DNA from: a virus
Lineage: Duplodnaviria; Caudoviricetes
Direction: 5' to 3' (one strand)
Length of the DNA: 26,491 nt
IMG/VR virus record: IMGVR_UViG_3300027819_000048
Span: 1-26,491 of that record
Part shown: positions 1 through 9,118 of the stretch, in pieces
Layout of the letters: every line of letters begins with the position of its first letter
How positions within the stretch are numbered: position 1 is the stretch's first letter
Position numbers and translations under genes: made by a program
Notes under the pieces: generated by a model
The model's input: only the letters and a program-made list of their open reading frames with translations
The model's database searches: none
Told to the model about the DNA's origin: nothing

Positions 1-2
1 CT

Positions 3-503
3 AATATTCACATTAAAATTTTCATAACCGCTATCAAAATATTGTGTTGCTGAACTTGAGTCAATTTTAAAATCTCCGCCATTAGTTGTCCACATTGCAG
101 TATTAGAAGCACTCAACCAATTAGAAATTCCAGTAATTGACATTGAGTCAATTCTAGTTCCTCTACCTTCTGTCCAAGATCTAGTCAGTGGATATACTTC
201 AGCTGTGAAGTCAAATGCTTGCGTATTAGCATGATTGATGTTAAAAAATTTTAGATTACATGTGACTGTAGAGTCTGTGACAGGTGATTGAGCAATATTA
301 GAATTAATAGCGTCTGTTAAAGCAGTAATATTTGCTTTTGCAATGATATGAGCAAGATATTTTTTATTTGTTTTGTCATTATACCAAGAATATAAATTTA
401 ATATTTGACTCGCACCTGCATTTCCGAGTCCTGTAATACTTGGATTGATTGAATATGTACTAATAACATTATCTGCAACGATTGGAATTCTATATATTGA
501 CAT
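3..503 (-). CDS. Virion/baseplate-associated protein, partial (runs off the left edge); possibly DNRLRE-like beta-sandwich
   Basis: Not in the ORF track. ATG at 503-501 opens a stop-free frame to the window edge: MSIYRIPIVADNVISTYS...VYPLTRSWTEGRG...WTTNGGDF. It follows the wedge gene; the domain call is from recall of the 'PLTRSWTEG...W..GGDF' motif. Confidence 0.6.
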   Translation of the reverse strand, partial: MSIYRIPIVADNVISTYSINPSITGLGNAGASQILNLYSWYNDKTNKKYLAHIIAKANITALTDAINSNIAQSPVTDSTVTCNLKFFNINHANTQAFDFTAEVYPLTRSWTEGRGTRIDSMSITGISNWLSASNTAMWTTNGGDFKIDSSSATQYFDSGYENFNVNI

Positions 504-529
504 TTATTTAAATTTAATTTTTTTAAATC

Positions 530-2344
530 TTACGAAATTACAGAAGCTTGCACATCGAATTTTGAATATCTCACTTCGATCAATTGTTGTGCTCCACATG
601 TAACTATATAATTTTTATTATTAGCTTCTAAATTATAATACGAGCTACTGTTCACATATGTTCTTCCACCTTCATTAGAATTAATCTGTTTAAATTTAAT
701 TTCAGTAACAGCTAAAACTCCTTGAACATTTGTGATTGCTTTAGAGACTAAACTAATAGAAATGCTTTGTCCAAAATTCCATTTTTTGATATTAAAATAA
801 TCTTGAACTGCTATTAGGCAATTTGCTAAAACTTCTTGTTGATTTCTTGTTCGATCAGCAATAATAGAGAATTTCACTCCTAAATTAATTATTTGACCAT
901 CAATAATATTAATATTTTCTGATAAACTTTTAAACTGTCCAAGATAATTTACAAGATTAATTTTTAAAGCATTACTTGTTGCTGTCAATGTTCCATCAGA
1001 AGTTCGTGTTAGAATCGATAATTTAATTCCCAATCTATCATTAAGATCTTTTGAAGCAGTTGCTCTAAATACAGAACCATAAACTGGTGGCATTGTATAG
1101 CATCGAACTATATAGTCTTGTAATGTAATACAGCGATTTTGAGAAGCAAAAAAAGCCGAAGCATTATATCGAATTTGATCAATCGTTTCTTCTTCTTCTC
1201 CACCAGTAGAAGATTCTGGATTTGTTACTACCATTGAAGCTTCTAATTGACTCTTATTGAAATCATTTCCGGATACTTTATATTCAATTTTCTTTTGTAA
1301 AATTTCAGTAATAGTTTTTGAAGCAGCATTTGATTTTAATCCACCACCAGATCTATACTTGATTACCAACGTTGTATTAACTGGAGCTGCTCCTAAAGTA
1401 CCGGTGTTAATAAAATCAGAAGGATCTACTGATGCTGGACTAAATCCACTAACAGAACCCCTTAAACTGAATGGTAAAATATAATCTTCTGGATTAGGTA
1501 TAAATTCAGAATCAGAAGTAGTTAAAATACCACTACCAAATCTTAGAAATGTAGTTCCACTTGTTTCTCTTTCAACAACAAATCGTCTTGGAACTCTTCT
1601 TAACGTTAAGACATACGGAACTACGGCACTCGAAGACGTAGCATTTACTGTTCCAACGAATTGATTTTCTTGAGCTAAGTAATCAACTTCATACCAGATA
1701 TTTCCATCTGTAGAAGAAACAGAAGTAATTTCTAACACATTAGTATCGGGAACAGGTATTTTTAGAAAAGAAATAGCAATTCCAATTTTAATAGAATATG
1801 TTTTAGATATTCCTGCAATAGCTTGAATTCCAGATATTGAAGCAGATGTAACATTATTTGTAATATCAATATTTTTTGTATTTGAAGTTGATGTTCCTGT
1901 ATCTATATCTGAAATCATTTCAAATATAGCATCACCCGCTTTATTTGAAAATTTAGTTCCAGTTTTTAAGAAAAATTCGTAATTTGTTATCGAGCCAGAA
2001 GTTGGATAGTTAAATTTAAGAATTATATTATTATTTTGAGCAGCAGATTTCCCTCGTATTTTATATCCAAGATTTCTTGCTAATAAAACTACATTTTTTT
2101 CTTCTTGAGCCGTTTCTAAAAAAAGCTCATTAAATTGTTTGTCAAGATAGAAATGCAATGTGTCTCCTGCGTAGCATACACATTCTAATAAAGCCATAGC
2201 AGCACTTACATCTGTAAAGTCACTAATTGAATTTGGAAATTGTTGCTGAATATACTGAGTAAGAGAATTACGTAAGCTATTAAAGTCTCTACTTGTGTAA
2301 GAGATATCTGCTTTTTTTGTTATTGTATTAAAAAGTTCTGGCAT
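530..2344 (-). CDS. Baseplate wedge subunit (T4 gp6 / baseplate J-like)
   Basis: N-terminal 'YTSRDFNSLRNSL', 'ARNLGYK', 'FGSG', 'VTNPESSTGGEEEETIDQIR...QNRCITLQDY' motifs typical of gp6-like wedge proteins; downstream of the gp25-like gene. Confidence 0.9.
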   Translation of the reverse strand: MPELFNTITKKADISYTSRDFNSLRNSLTQYIQQQFPNSISDFTDVSAAMALLECVCYAGDTLHFYLDKQFNELFLETAQEEKNVVLLARNLGYKIRGKSAAQNNNIILKFNYPTSGSITNYEFFLKTGTKFSNKAGDAIFEMISDIDTGTSTSNTKNIDITNNVTSASISGIQAIAGISKTYSIKIGIAISFLKIPVPDTNVLEITSVSSTDGNIWYEVDYLAQENQFVGTVNATSSSAVVPYVLTLRRVPRRFVVERETSGTTFLRFGSGILTTSDSEFIPNPEDYILPFSLRGSVSGFSPASVDPSDFINTGTLGAAPVNTTLVIKYRSGGGLKSNAASKTITEILQKKIEYKVSGNDFNKSQLEASMVVTNPESSTGGEEEETIDQIRYNASAFFASQNRCITLQDYIVRCYTMPPVYGSVFRATASKDLNDRLGIKLSILTRTSDGTLTATSNALKINLVNYLGQFKSLSENINIIDGQIINLGVKFSIIADRTRNQQEVLANCLIAVQDYFNIKKWNFGQSISISLVSKAITNVQGVLAVTEIKFKQINSNEGGRTYVNSSSYYNLEANNKNYIVTCGAQQLIEVRYSKFDVQASVIS

Positions 2345-2536
2345 TTAGTTTTCTTCATAATCATATTGAAGAAAGAAATCCCATATTTCTTCATTTGAAA
2401 ATTTTGAAGCTTCTGGAAATTTTTTAAGAACAAGTTTTTTAGAATTGTTTATGTCTATGTCAATTCCATCTTGATCTAAATCATTTAAATATTTTCCTAT
2501 TGTATAAATGTATTTTTCATTTTCTACTTTAATCAT
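2345..2536 (-). CDS. Hypothetical protein (63 aa)
   Basis: Fills the gap between the gp25-like and gp6-like genes; its TAA directly abuts the gp6-like ATG. Confidence 0.55.
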   Translation of the reverse strand: MIKVENEKYIYTIGKYLNDLDQDGIDIDINNSKKLVLKKFPEASKFSNEEIWDFFLQYDYEEN

Positions 2537-2543
2537 ATTTTAA

Positions 2544-2927
2544 TTATCCTACTATAATTGAAAAATTATCTTGTAATGATTCTAAGTTTTTAATGCTATA
2601 GATTATACTTATCTGAATAGCATTTTGTGTTTGACTATTATTATCTATTTCTTTTACTTCAAGATTAACTAAATTCAAATTTGGAAAATAATCACTAAAT
2701 ATTCTATTTACATCATTTTCACATTTTGATCTAATATTTTGAATATCTGGTTCAAAGAGATATTTTCTAAATCTACTACCAAGCTGATTATTTACAACGC
2801 GTTCATTTTCATCTGTAGCAAAAAACAAAATGAGGTTTTGTTTAATAGTCTCAATTGTAGTTTCTGTTATTTGAAACATTCCAAGTGATTTATCTATTTG
2901 GAGTGGAAATTTTAAATTTTTAAACAT
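2544..2927 (-). CDS. Baseplate wedge / sheath initiator (T4 gp25 / gpW-like)
   Basis: 'LKFPL...TIETIKQNLILFFATDENERVVNNQLGSRFRKYLFEP' matches the gp25 pattern (ER...FG..L..LFEP). Start moved to the ATG at 2927 (MFKNLKFP), which overlaps the upstream stop; the track used 2942. Confidence 0.85.
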   Translation of the reverse strand: MFKNLKFPLQIDKSLGMFQITETTIETIKQNLILFFATDENERVVNNQLGSRFRKYLFEPDIQNIRSKCENDVNRIFSDYFPNLNLVNLEVKEIDNNSQTQNAIQISIIYSIKNLESLQDNFSIIVG

Positions 2928-3291
2928 TAAATATTTTATCAAAAAGTAATTTATTTTCTTGTAAACATTTTGGAACTTCTTTTATCCTATTAAGTTGTAT
3001 CCGGTGCATTTCAAATCCATTTCTTTTTGCTATTTCATCTTTAAAAATATCATTTTTTAAATCTTTTTTATTTGAATGCCATCGTGATCCGTCACATTCT
3101 ATAATATGCATTGCATAACGGCCATCAAAATATTTATGATTAATCTGGTATTGTCTTTCTATTTTTATATTATAAATTGTTTCTAAAGAATCTAAAAGAA
3201 ATTTTTCACTTTTAGATGTCATATCTTTAATAATTTTTTTCTTTTTAGATTTGTACAACTGTTTTTTACTCTTAAGTCTTTTCCCTCTCAT
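2920..3291 (-). CDS. DUF559/Vsr-like endonuclease domain protein (putative homing endonuclease, possibly 5'-truncated)
   Basis: 'SKSE...ERQYQI...FDG...IIECDGSRWHS...D..KD..AKRNGFEMHRI' is the DUF559/Vsr-like signature; short basic N-terminus. Confidence 0.75.
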   Translation of the reverse strand: MRGKRLKSKKQLYKSKKKKIIKDMTSKSEKFLLDSLETIYNIKIERQYQINHKYFDGRYAMHIIECDGSRWHSNKKDLKNDIFKDEIAKRNGFEMHRIQLNRIKEVPKCLQENKLLFDKIFNV

Positions 3292-3297
3292 AAAAAA

Positions 3298-3525
3298 TTA
3301 CAGAACTTTACCAATTGATGTAGTAGCTCCAGTATTTATTCCACCTTGGGCATCATTTGTTTGAACTGGTATTCCTGGTTGAACATCTCCCGATTTTATA
3401 AAAGAATCAATAGCATCTGCTAAAGCTGTTGCCATTGATGGTAATGTATCTGTTCGATCTGTTCCAGTTCTTGCTGATATAAATGCATTAAGTATTGCTG
3501 ATTCTAAAGCTGATTTATTTAACAT
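3298..3525 (-). CDS. Small conserved baseplate-region protein (75 aa)
   Basis: 'MLNKSALESAI...ATALADAIDSFIKSGDV' helix followed by a G/T-rich tail; position between spike and gp25-like genes. Confidence 0.6.
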   Translation of the reverse strand: MLNKSALESAILNAFISARTGTDRTDTLPSMATALADAIDSFIKSGDVQPGIPVQTNDAQGGINTGATTSIGKVL

Positions 3526-3824
3526 ATTTCTTTAACAAATTTTTGAATTAATTTATATTCATATGGCCAACATTCATCAGAAAAAAATCCAATTATATTA
3601 TTGTCATCTAATTTAGAAAAAACAGATGAATCATTTTTCTTTTCAACTAATGAATAAACATTCCAAGTAAATGTTTTCCATTTTAAATATAAAAATAAAA
3701 ATCTTAAATGATGTCCAATAACTCCAATAGCAATTTGTTTATTTTCTGTTGTGTTTAAAACTTCTGGAGTTTTAAAATATAAAAATGGTGTTTTAAATAA
3801 TATTTTTGCTACTTTCAATATCAT
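3519..3824 (-). CDS. Hypothetical protein (101 aa)
   Basis: ATGA overlap with the upstream ORF, AGGA upstream of the start, and overlap with the downstream start. Confidence 0.55.
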   Translation of the reverse strand: MILKVAKILFKTPFLYFKTPEVLNTTENKQIAIGVIGHHLRFLFLYLKWKTFTWNVYSLVEKKNDSSVFSKLDDNNIIGFFSDECWPYEYKLIQKFVKEIC

Positions 3825-4045
3825 AAATATTTTCCTATTTTTTGATTTTGTGAAATATATTTTTTTCTTAATTTTTGATATATTCTAAGTGCTTCCTTTT
3901 CAAATTCAGGAGAATTACTATCATATTTTTTATTAGCTAATCTATCACTTTTTGCTGATAATTCTTGATTTACATTAAAAGCCTTAGCTTTATCATTCGA
4001 CACTTCTTTTACTAATGATTTTAATTGTGATTTATATATTTTCAT
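3821..4045 (-). CDS. Hypothetical protein (74 aa) with an 'MKIYKSQLKSLVKE' leader; possible internal head protein
   Basis: ORF in operon orientation. The leader resembles the MK...LxE N-termini of head-packaged proteins (inference). Confidence 0.6.
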   Translation of the reverse strand: MKIYKSQLKSLVKEVSNDKAKAFNVNQELSAKSDRLANKKYDSNSPEFEKEALRIYQKLRKKYISQNQKIGKYL

Positions 4046-4072
4046 TTTATTGTTTAAAAGTTAAGTTTATTT

Positions 4073-5260
4073 TTAGTTAAGCCCAACGTGGTCACTGTGA
4101 TGAAACCTAATTCCTTTATTTTCTCCAACTTGTGTATTTCCACCATCTTTTATTGTTTCAAAATCTTGTTTATCTGTATTAAAATGTTCTTGGTCTATAC
4201 TAAATTTATTTGGTAATTGACTATTAAATTGAATAGATTCAGGAATCAAAGGCGGAGATGTTGGACCAGTTGCCATGTGCACATGAGTTGCTACATTATT
4301 TGTTAGTGTTACAACATTTTCTCTATATATTTGAATATCGTCAATGAGATCTCTTACTAGATCTATGAGTTGTTTTAACCATATACTTTGTTCTTCTGCT
4401 AAAACTGCATGCTGAATTTTATTTTCAGAATTTCTTGAAATTAATCTAAGCTCAATTGTTTCTAATAACAAATAAGCAGAATCATATTCTTTTTTGGGAG
4501 TAATGGAGCGATTATTTGATTTTTGAGTAAAATTAGAATGAACTTCTTTATTATAAATATCTCTTACTAAAGTATCTATATCACTTTTTGTTGTTAAAAG
4601 AACTCTAGATCCATTTGATTTTCTATAATCTTTTGTATAAAATTCTTCATTAGAAATTGGTTGCTCTTCTGTAACATGTTCAATTGTCCCAGCTTTATTA
4701 GTTGAATCAAATGAGTGCCGTGAAAAACTGTTACTCCTACCTTGACTAATTACATCACCAGGTTTAACTCTTGGATCTGGAATATTATATTTTTCATCTG
4801 GACTGATATCTACTTCTTCTTTAGGCAATTTAGAAGTTCCATATTTATCTGAAGTAGTTTGACTTTCTTCATCAAATGTATTTAAGTCATCTCCCGCAAG
4901 AACTTTGGTTAAAGAATTTTTAATATCAGATCTACTAATCCAATATCCAGTAGAAAGATTTCCTATTTCTTCACAGATAATAAGAACTTCTTCTCCAACT
5001 TCTGGAATAGCTAATTGATGAATTGAGAGTAAAGAAGGATAAAAATTGTCATTTTCAATATTCGACTCATTTTGATCATCAATACCAAAAATTTTAGCTT
5101 TTATACTAAAACGAGGTCTATTGTCTTTACCTTCTCTATCGACAAAAGTTATTATTCCTCGAAATAAAATTCTTTCTAATGAAGATCCTTTATAATCAGA
5201 AGCTATTTTTCTAAAATATTCTCTAGCAGGATCATATAAAGATCTCACCTCCTTACGCAT
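4073..5260 (-). CDS. Baseplate central spike (gp5/gpV-like)
   Basis: N-terminal OB-fold motif 'IPEVGEEVLII...GYWI', 'PGDVISQGRSN', and a C-terminal metal-binding HxH 'THVHMATGPTSPP' as in P2 gpV-type spikes. Confidence 0.75.
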   Translation of the reverse strand: MRKEVRSLYDPAREYFRKIASDYKGSSLERILFRGIITFVDREGKDNRPRFSIKAKIFGIDDQNESNIENDNFYPSLLSIHQLAIPEVGEEVLIICEEIGNLSTGYWISRSDIKNSLTKVLAGDDLNTFDEESQTTSDKYGTSKLPKEEVDISPDEKYNIPDPRVKPGDVISQGRSNSFSRHSFDSTNKAGTIEHVTEEQPISNEEFYTKDYRKSNGSRVLLTTKSDIDTLVRDIYNKEVHSNFTQKSNNRSITPKKEYDSAYLLLETIELRLISRNSENKIQHAVLAEEQSIWLKQLIDLVRDLIDDIQIYRENVVTLTNNVATHVHMATGPTSPPLIPESIQFNSQLPNKFSIDQEHFNTDKQDFETIKDGGNTQVGENKGIRFHHSDHVGLN

Positions 5261-6473
5261 TATTTTTATCCCAAATAATACTTGGTTCTGTATAAATTAT
5301 AGAAAATCTACACTGTAAATATTCCATTATTTCTTTCTGTCTTTGGAGATCGTGTATTTTGTTTTTTGGTTTTAAGTGCCATGGTTCATAGACTTCATAT
5401 ACAATATTATTGATTTTATCATATCCGTCTACTTGATAACCAAGTTTTTTGATATGATGGTGGCGAGTTATAATACATTTATTATTTATTTCTTGCTGAT
5501 CAAGTAAAGGTTTTTCTAGTTTACCAACATTACATTTTAATGGACCCCTGAATTCTTCAATGTGTTTAATAGCAGCAATTCTCATTTTCTTTTTTGTTTC
5601 AGAAGTATATTGTTTACCTATCTGATTACTTGAAATTTTTTCTATAGTTTTTTTAGAATGATTTCTTCCATACATTGGATTATTTTTTCCGGACATATCT
5701 TTATCTGTACCATTCTTTCTGCGAGTTTCCCACGCTTTCTTTGCTGACTCTATAGTATGTCCGTTTTTGATTCCACGTTCTTTTTTCGTTTTAATCATTT
5801 TCAATGTTCCAATTTTATCTGTTCCTCTTTCCTTTTTAATTTTGGCAATTTTTTGAGCAGTAGTATATAATGTTCCATTTTTTCTTTTAGTTTCACCAAC
5901 GCGTTTATATGATTCTCCAGTTGGATCATTTATTTTTCTAGTTGCTGCTGCTTTTTTAGCAGCAATTTTATCTATTCCAAGTCTTCTTTTTGTTTCTGCT
6001 CCTTTTTTTCCACTTCCTTCTGGTAATTTATATCCTCTATTTGTTCCATTCTTTATTCTAGTTTCACGAATTTTTATTACTGTTTCTGGGTTAGAACTTC
6101 CTATTAAAATTCCTTTTTTGTGTTTAGTATTTATTCCTTTTTGAGCTCCTTTCTTAGAAATTTCAGATAAATCTAATCCTTTTTGTCTTTTTGTTTCAAC
6201 TGCTTTTTTACCAGCACCCTTCATTGACTCATTATTTGGATCGTTTTTTCTTCTAGTTTCCCAGGTCTTTTGAGAATTATTTTTAGCCGTTCCATTTCTT
6301 TTTCTAGTTTCAGCTGATTTTTGAGCAATTTCAGATAAGTTCAATCCCCGCTGACGTTTAGTCTCAACTCCCTTATATCCAGAACCGGGTGCTTTATCAG
6401 TCCCATTTTTTCTACGGGTTTCCCACATTTTTTTAGCTTGTTCTGGATTTCTTTTATAAATTCCCTTTGGCAT
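5253..6473 (-). CDS. Putative free-standing homing endonuclease: ~13 'KxxETRRKNG' repeats + NUMOD3 + Vsr-like (EDxHD-type) nuclease
   Basis: Repeats visible in the translation; NUMOD3-like 'GKNNPMYGRNHSKKTIEKIS'; C-terminal 'GKLE...LGYQVDGYD...YEVYEPWH...HDLQRQKEI'. Confidence 0.8.
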   Translation of the reverse strand: MPKGIYKRNPEQAKKMWETRRKNGTDKAPGSGYKGVETKRQRGLNLSEIAQKSAETRKRNGTAKNNSQKTWETRRKNDPNNESMKGAGKKAVETKRQKGLDLSEISKKGAQKGINTKHKKGILIGSSNPETVIKIRETRIKNGTNRGYKLPEGSGKKGAETKRRLGIDKIAAKKAAATRKINDPTGESYKRVGETKRKNGTLYTTAQKIAKIKKERGTDKIGTLKMIKTKKERGIKNGHTIESAKKAWETRRKNGTDKDMSGKNNPMYGRNHSKKTIEKISSNQIGKQYTSETKKKMRIAAIKHIEEFRGPLKCNVGKLEKPLLDQQEINNKCIITRHHHIKKLGYQVDGYDKINNIVYEVYEPWHLKPKNKIHDLQRQKEIMEYLQCRFSIIYTEPSIIWDKNNA

Positions 6474-6474
6474 T

Positions 6475-7182
6475 TTAGATAATACCTTTATAGTATTGAT
6501 CTCTAATACTTTTATATTCAGAAATAAGTTCTTTTAAGTACATTGTAATTTCTTTTGCTGACAGGCCACTCCACTCTCTCAATATTATATACCAATGTCG
6601 TTTATTCCACAATTGTTCTTTTTGGACATTTTTTAAGAAAAATACAATTGCATCTCCAATCTTTTTCTTATTTAGACAGTATTCATTTCTATGTTTTTCA
6701 AAGTGTTCAGCTAATAATTCAAAGAATTCTTTCATTTCTAATTGTTCTTCTATATTGTCTGGAGAAATTAAATTTTTGTCTAGTTGAGTATTAGCTTCTG
6801 TACCATCAAAATTTTCATAAATATAGTTTGTTTTACTTTTTCTTTGAGATTGTTGAACTAAATAATTTTTAGCAACTGTCCCAAAGTAAGAAAAAGCTTT
6901 TACACGTTTATGATTATTTTTTGATAATTTTCTTGGATTGAATTTATCAAGTTGCGAATAAAGATGAGTTACAACTTCATCTTGTAGAGAAGTAAAATTA
7001 CCAAGTTTATGAAAATTAAATTTCTTATAATTTATAATGTTTTCAGCTAATTTTTCAAAGGCAGGACAAATTTTGTTAAGATAAAGAAGTTCTCTTGTTT
7101 CAGGATCTTCTTTATATTTTATGTATTCTTTTATAGCAGATTCTGTTTCTTTTCCAAAATAAATAATTTGTTTCTTTTTCAC
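6475..7182 (-). CDS. Phage late-transcription sigma factor (T4 gp55-like)
   Basis: 'FEKLAENII...KFNP...KAFSYFGTVAKNYL' resembles the sigma region 2 motif of gp55-like proteins (F.P...AFAYFT....); GTG start. Confidence 0.7.
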   Translation of the reverse strand: MKKKQIIYFGKETESAIKEYIKYKEDPETRELLYLNKICPAFEKLAENIINYKKFNFHKLGNFTSLQDEVVTHLYSQLDKFNPRKLSKNNHKRVKAFSYFGTVAKNYLVQQSQRKSKTNYIYENFDGTEANTQLDKNLISPDNIEEQLEMKEFFELLAEHFEKHRNEYCLNKKKIGDAIVFFLKNVQKEQLWNKRHWYIILREWSGLSAKEITMYLKELISEYKSIRDQYYKGII

Positions 7183-7318
7183 GAATATTTCATATAAAGC
7201 TCCTCATTTTTTGATAATTAAATTAACATTGAAAAATTTCACTTCAATGAGCTTGATTAACTAATTTTAACTTATGTTTTAAATAAAAACAAAATAACAA
7301 TCAATGTAAACATCATTT

Positions 7319-9118
7319 CTATACATCTATTTCTTGTAAACTACATGTCAAAATAGTTTCAAATTTGCCAATTCCAAGTTCATCATTTGTCTCCTTAATA
7401 ATATATTCTCCATCTATTCCTGGTAATACATTACTAAGTTTTACAAAAGTATATGGTGGAATAGCTGCAGTCCCATGAATTGTCAATTCAATTTGTAAGA
7501 AATAATTTTTCATCGCTAGACCCAAAGGAACTTCATTAGAGGCTATAATTTCATTATAGATTTGACCACTTTTATTCGAATTTTTAAGATATTGTTTCCA
7601 AGTTCTTAATTTATTACTATCTAAAGTCTTGCCAGAGCCATATAACTCTGGATTATTTCGTATTCCTAAAGCGATAACTGATAAATCCTTATCTTTAATA
7701 TTTTGATTTTCGGCATCTTTTCTAAAAATATTGAATATTTCTGTAGCTCCATTATCATTACTTATAAGAGTATCAAGAACAAATGTCAAATCTTTAGCAA
7801 TCTTACCACTAAAACTTAAATTGTTGATTAAAGAATTTCCAGAAGCTAAAGTCATGTCTAATTTATCAGTTTCATTTTTATTTACAAATATAGTTTGGTT
7901 AAGATCTCCAATTATTAAAGATGTCCCATCATTTGCAATCAAAGAAGTTACGTCTAAATCAATTCCTTGCCATAGTTGATTAGCCATATTACAAATATCA
8001 GAAACTGTTTGTAATAAACTTTTATTTGCTTGAGAATCAATAATAGTTTTGTTTACTAATCCAACTTCAATTGGTATTTCAGCAGGAGATTTAGCATTAA
8101 TTATTACTTGTTGATCATTTCTATCTTTATTAAAATTGATTGGAATTTTTTTTCCATCTCCCTTAAATTTTATAAAGTCTAATGTTTTGAAATTTTTTGG
8201 AATATCTTTTTCCATTGATTGTCTTACAGCTTCAATTACCCACCCTAAATTATAGAATCCAACAATTTCTTCTATTTTAGTTTTTTTATTTTTACCTGTT
8301 GGAATTTCTCTTTTTTGTTTAATTGAAACTTCTAGTGGTAAGTTTTTTTTAATATTTTGTGGACAATTTGCTTTAAGTTGTGATTCTTTAATCAATAAAT
8401 TCTTAATGTCATATCTATGATTTTGAATTACTGTAGTCGTCATAGCATTCAAAATTGGACTTCCAAAAGTTAGTGTTCCGCGAGCAATTTTATTTTGGTC
8501 TATTTCCCAATCATATCGTATAAGAATACATTTAAGAGCTCGATAATATCCTCGATGAGATTTTCTTAGATTTATTGTTTTAGAATCAGACTCAAATGGG
8601 TTAAAAATTGGGATTCTTCCTTCTTTAGCCCAACCATACATAATAATCCATGTTTTATCTGGTTGAACTGTAGTTAGTCTTCTAAGAACTTTATTTACTC
8701 GTATTTCATCATCTAAGCTTGGAATTACAACTTTCATGGTAGCTTGATATGAATTCAGATCAATGTTAGCAATTGATACTGAGAGACTTTCTATTCCTGC
8801 AACTCCTCGACTATTATTTCTTAGTCTTCCAGTATTTTGATCAATTTGAGTTTGTTGTTCAATAAGATTAAAAATTGGAACAAGAATTACAGATTCAGGT
8901 CCAGTATTATCTATAATCGTACACTCAAATGAGCCTTGAAGATTTCTTACATCTAAAACTTTTGAATTTTTGTCATTTCCGGTGAAGATACAAAATAGTT
9001 CAACAAAAGGAATCAATTTACTTAAATCTGAATTATTCATTTTTAGTTTTTCATTCCAACCCGAAACAATATCACGTATCGCTACTTGATCACTCAATGA
9101 AAATTCCTGGGTGGACAT
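7319..9118 (-). CDS. Baseplate hub protein (gp27/gpD-like), putative
   Basis: Position after the LysM/gpX-like gene; 'AGIESLSV', 'IMYGW', and C-terminal 'ELTIHG...PPY.FVKLSNV...GEYIIKETNDELGIGKFETILTC' beta-barrel pattern. Confidence 0.65.
   Translation of the reverse strand: MSTQEFSLSDQVAIRDIVSGWNEKLKMNNSDLSKLIPFVELFCIFTGNDKNSKVLDVRNLQGSFECTIIDNTGPESVILVPIFNLIEQQTQIDQNTGRLRNNSRGVAGIESLSVSIANIDLNSYQATMKVVIPSLDDEIRVNKVLRRLTTVQPDKTWIIMYGWAKEGRIPIFNPFESDSKTINLRKSHRGYYRALKCILIRYDWEIDQNKIARGTLTFGSPILNAMTTTVIQNHRYDIKNLLIKESQLKANCPQNIKKNLPLEVSIKQKREIPTGKNKKTKIEEIVGFYNLGWVIEAVRQSMEKDIPKNFKTLDFIKFKGDGKKIPINFNKDRNDQQVIINAKSPAEIPIEVGLVNKTIIDSQANKSLLQTVSDICNMANQLWQGIDLDVTSLIANDGTSLIIGDLNQTIFVNKNETDKLDMTLASGNSLINNLSFSGKIAKDLTFVLDTLISNDNGATEIFNIFRKDAENQNIKDKDLSVIALGIRNNPELYGSGKTLDSNKLRTWKQYLKNSNKSGQIYNEIIASNEVPLGLAMKNYFLQIELTIHGTAAIPPYTFVKLSNVLPGIDGEYIIKETNDELGIGKFETILTCSLQEIDV

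Noticed and set aside
2486-3839. Exact 16-bp repeat TAAATATTTTCCTATT at 2486-2501 and 3824-3839 (IGKYL in two small ORFs)
   Set aside because: Almost all A/T with no extension beyond 16 nt; plausible by chance in this composition.
5690-6440. CRISPR-like or non-coding repeat array
   Set aside because: The repeats are degenerate at DNA level and explained by protein repeats within one ORF.
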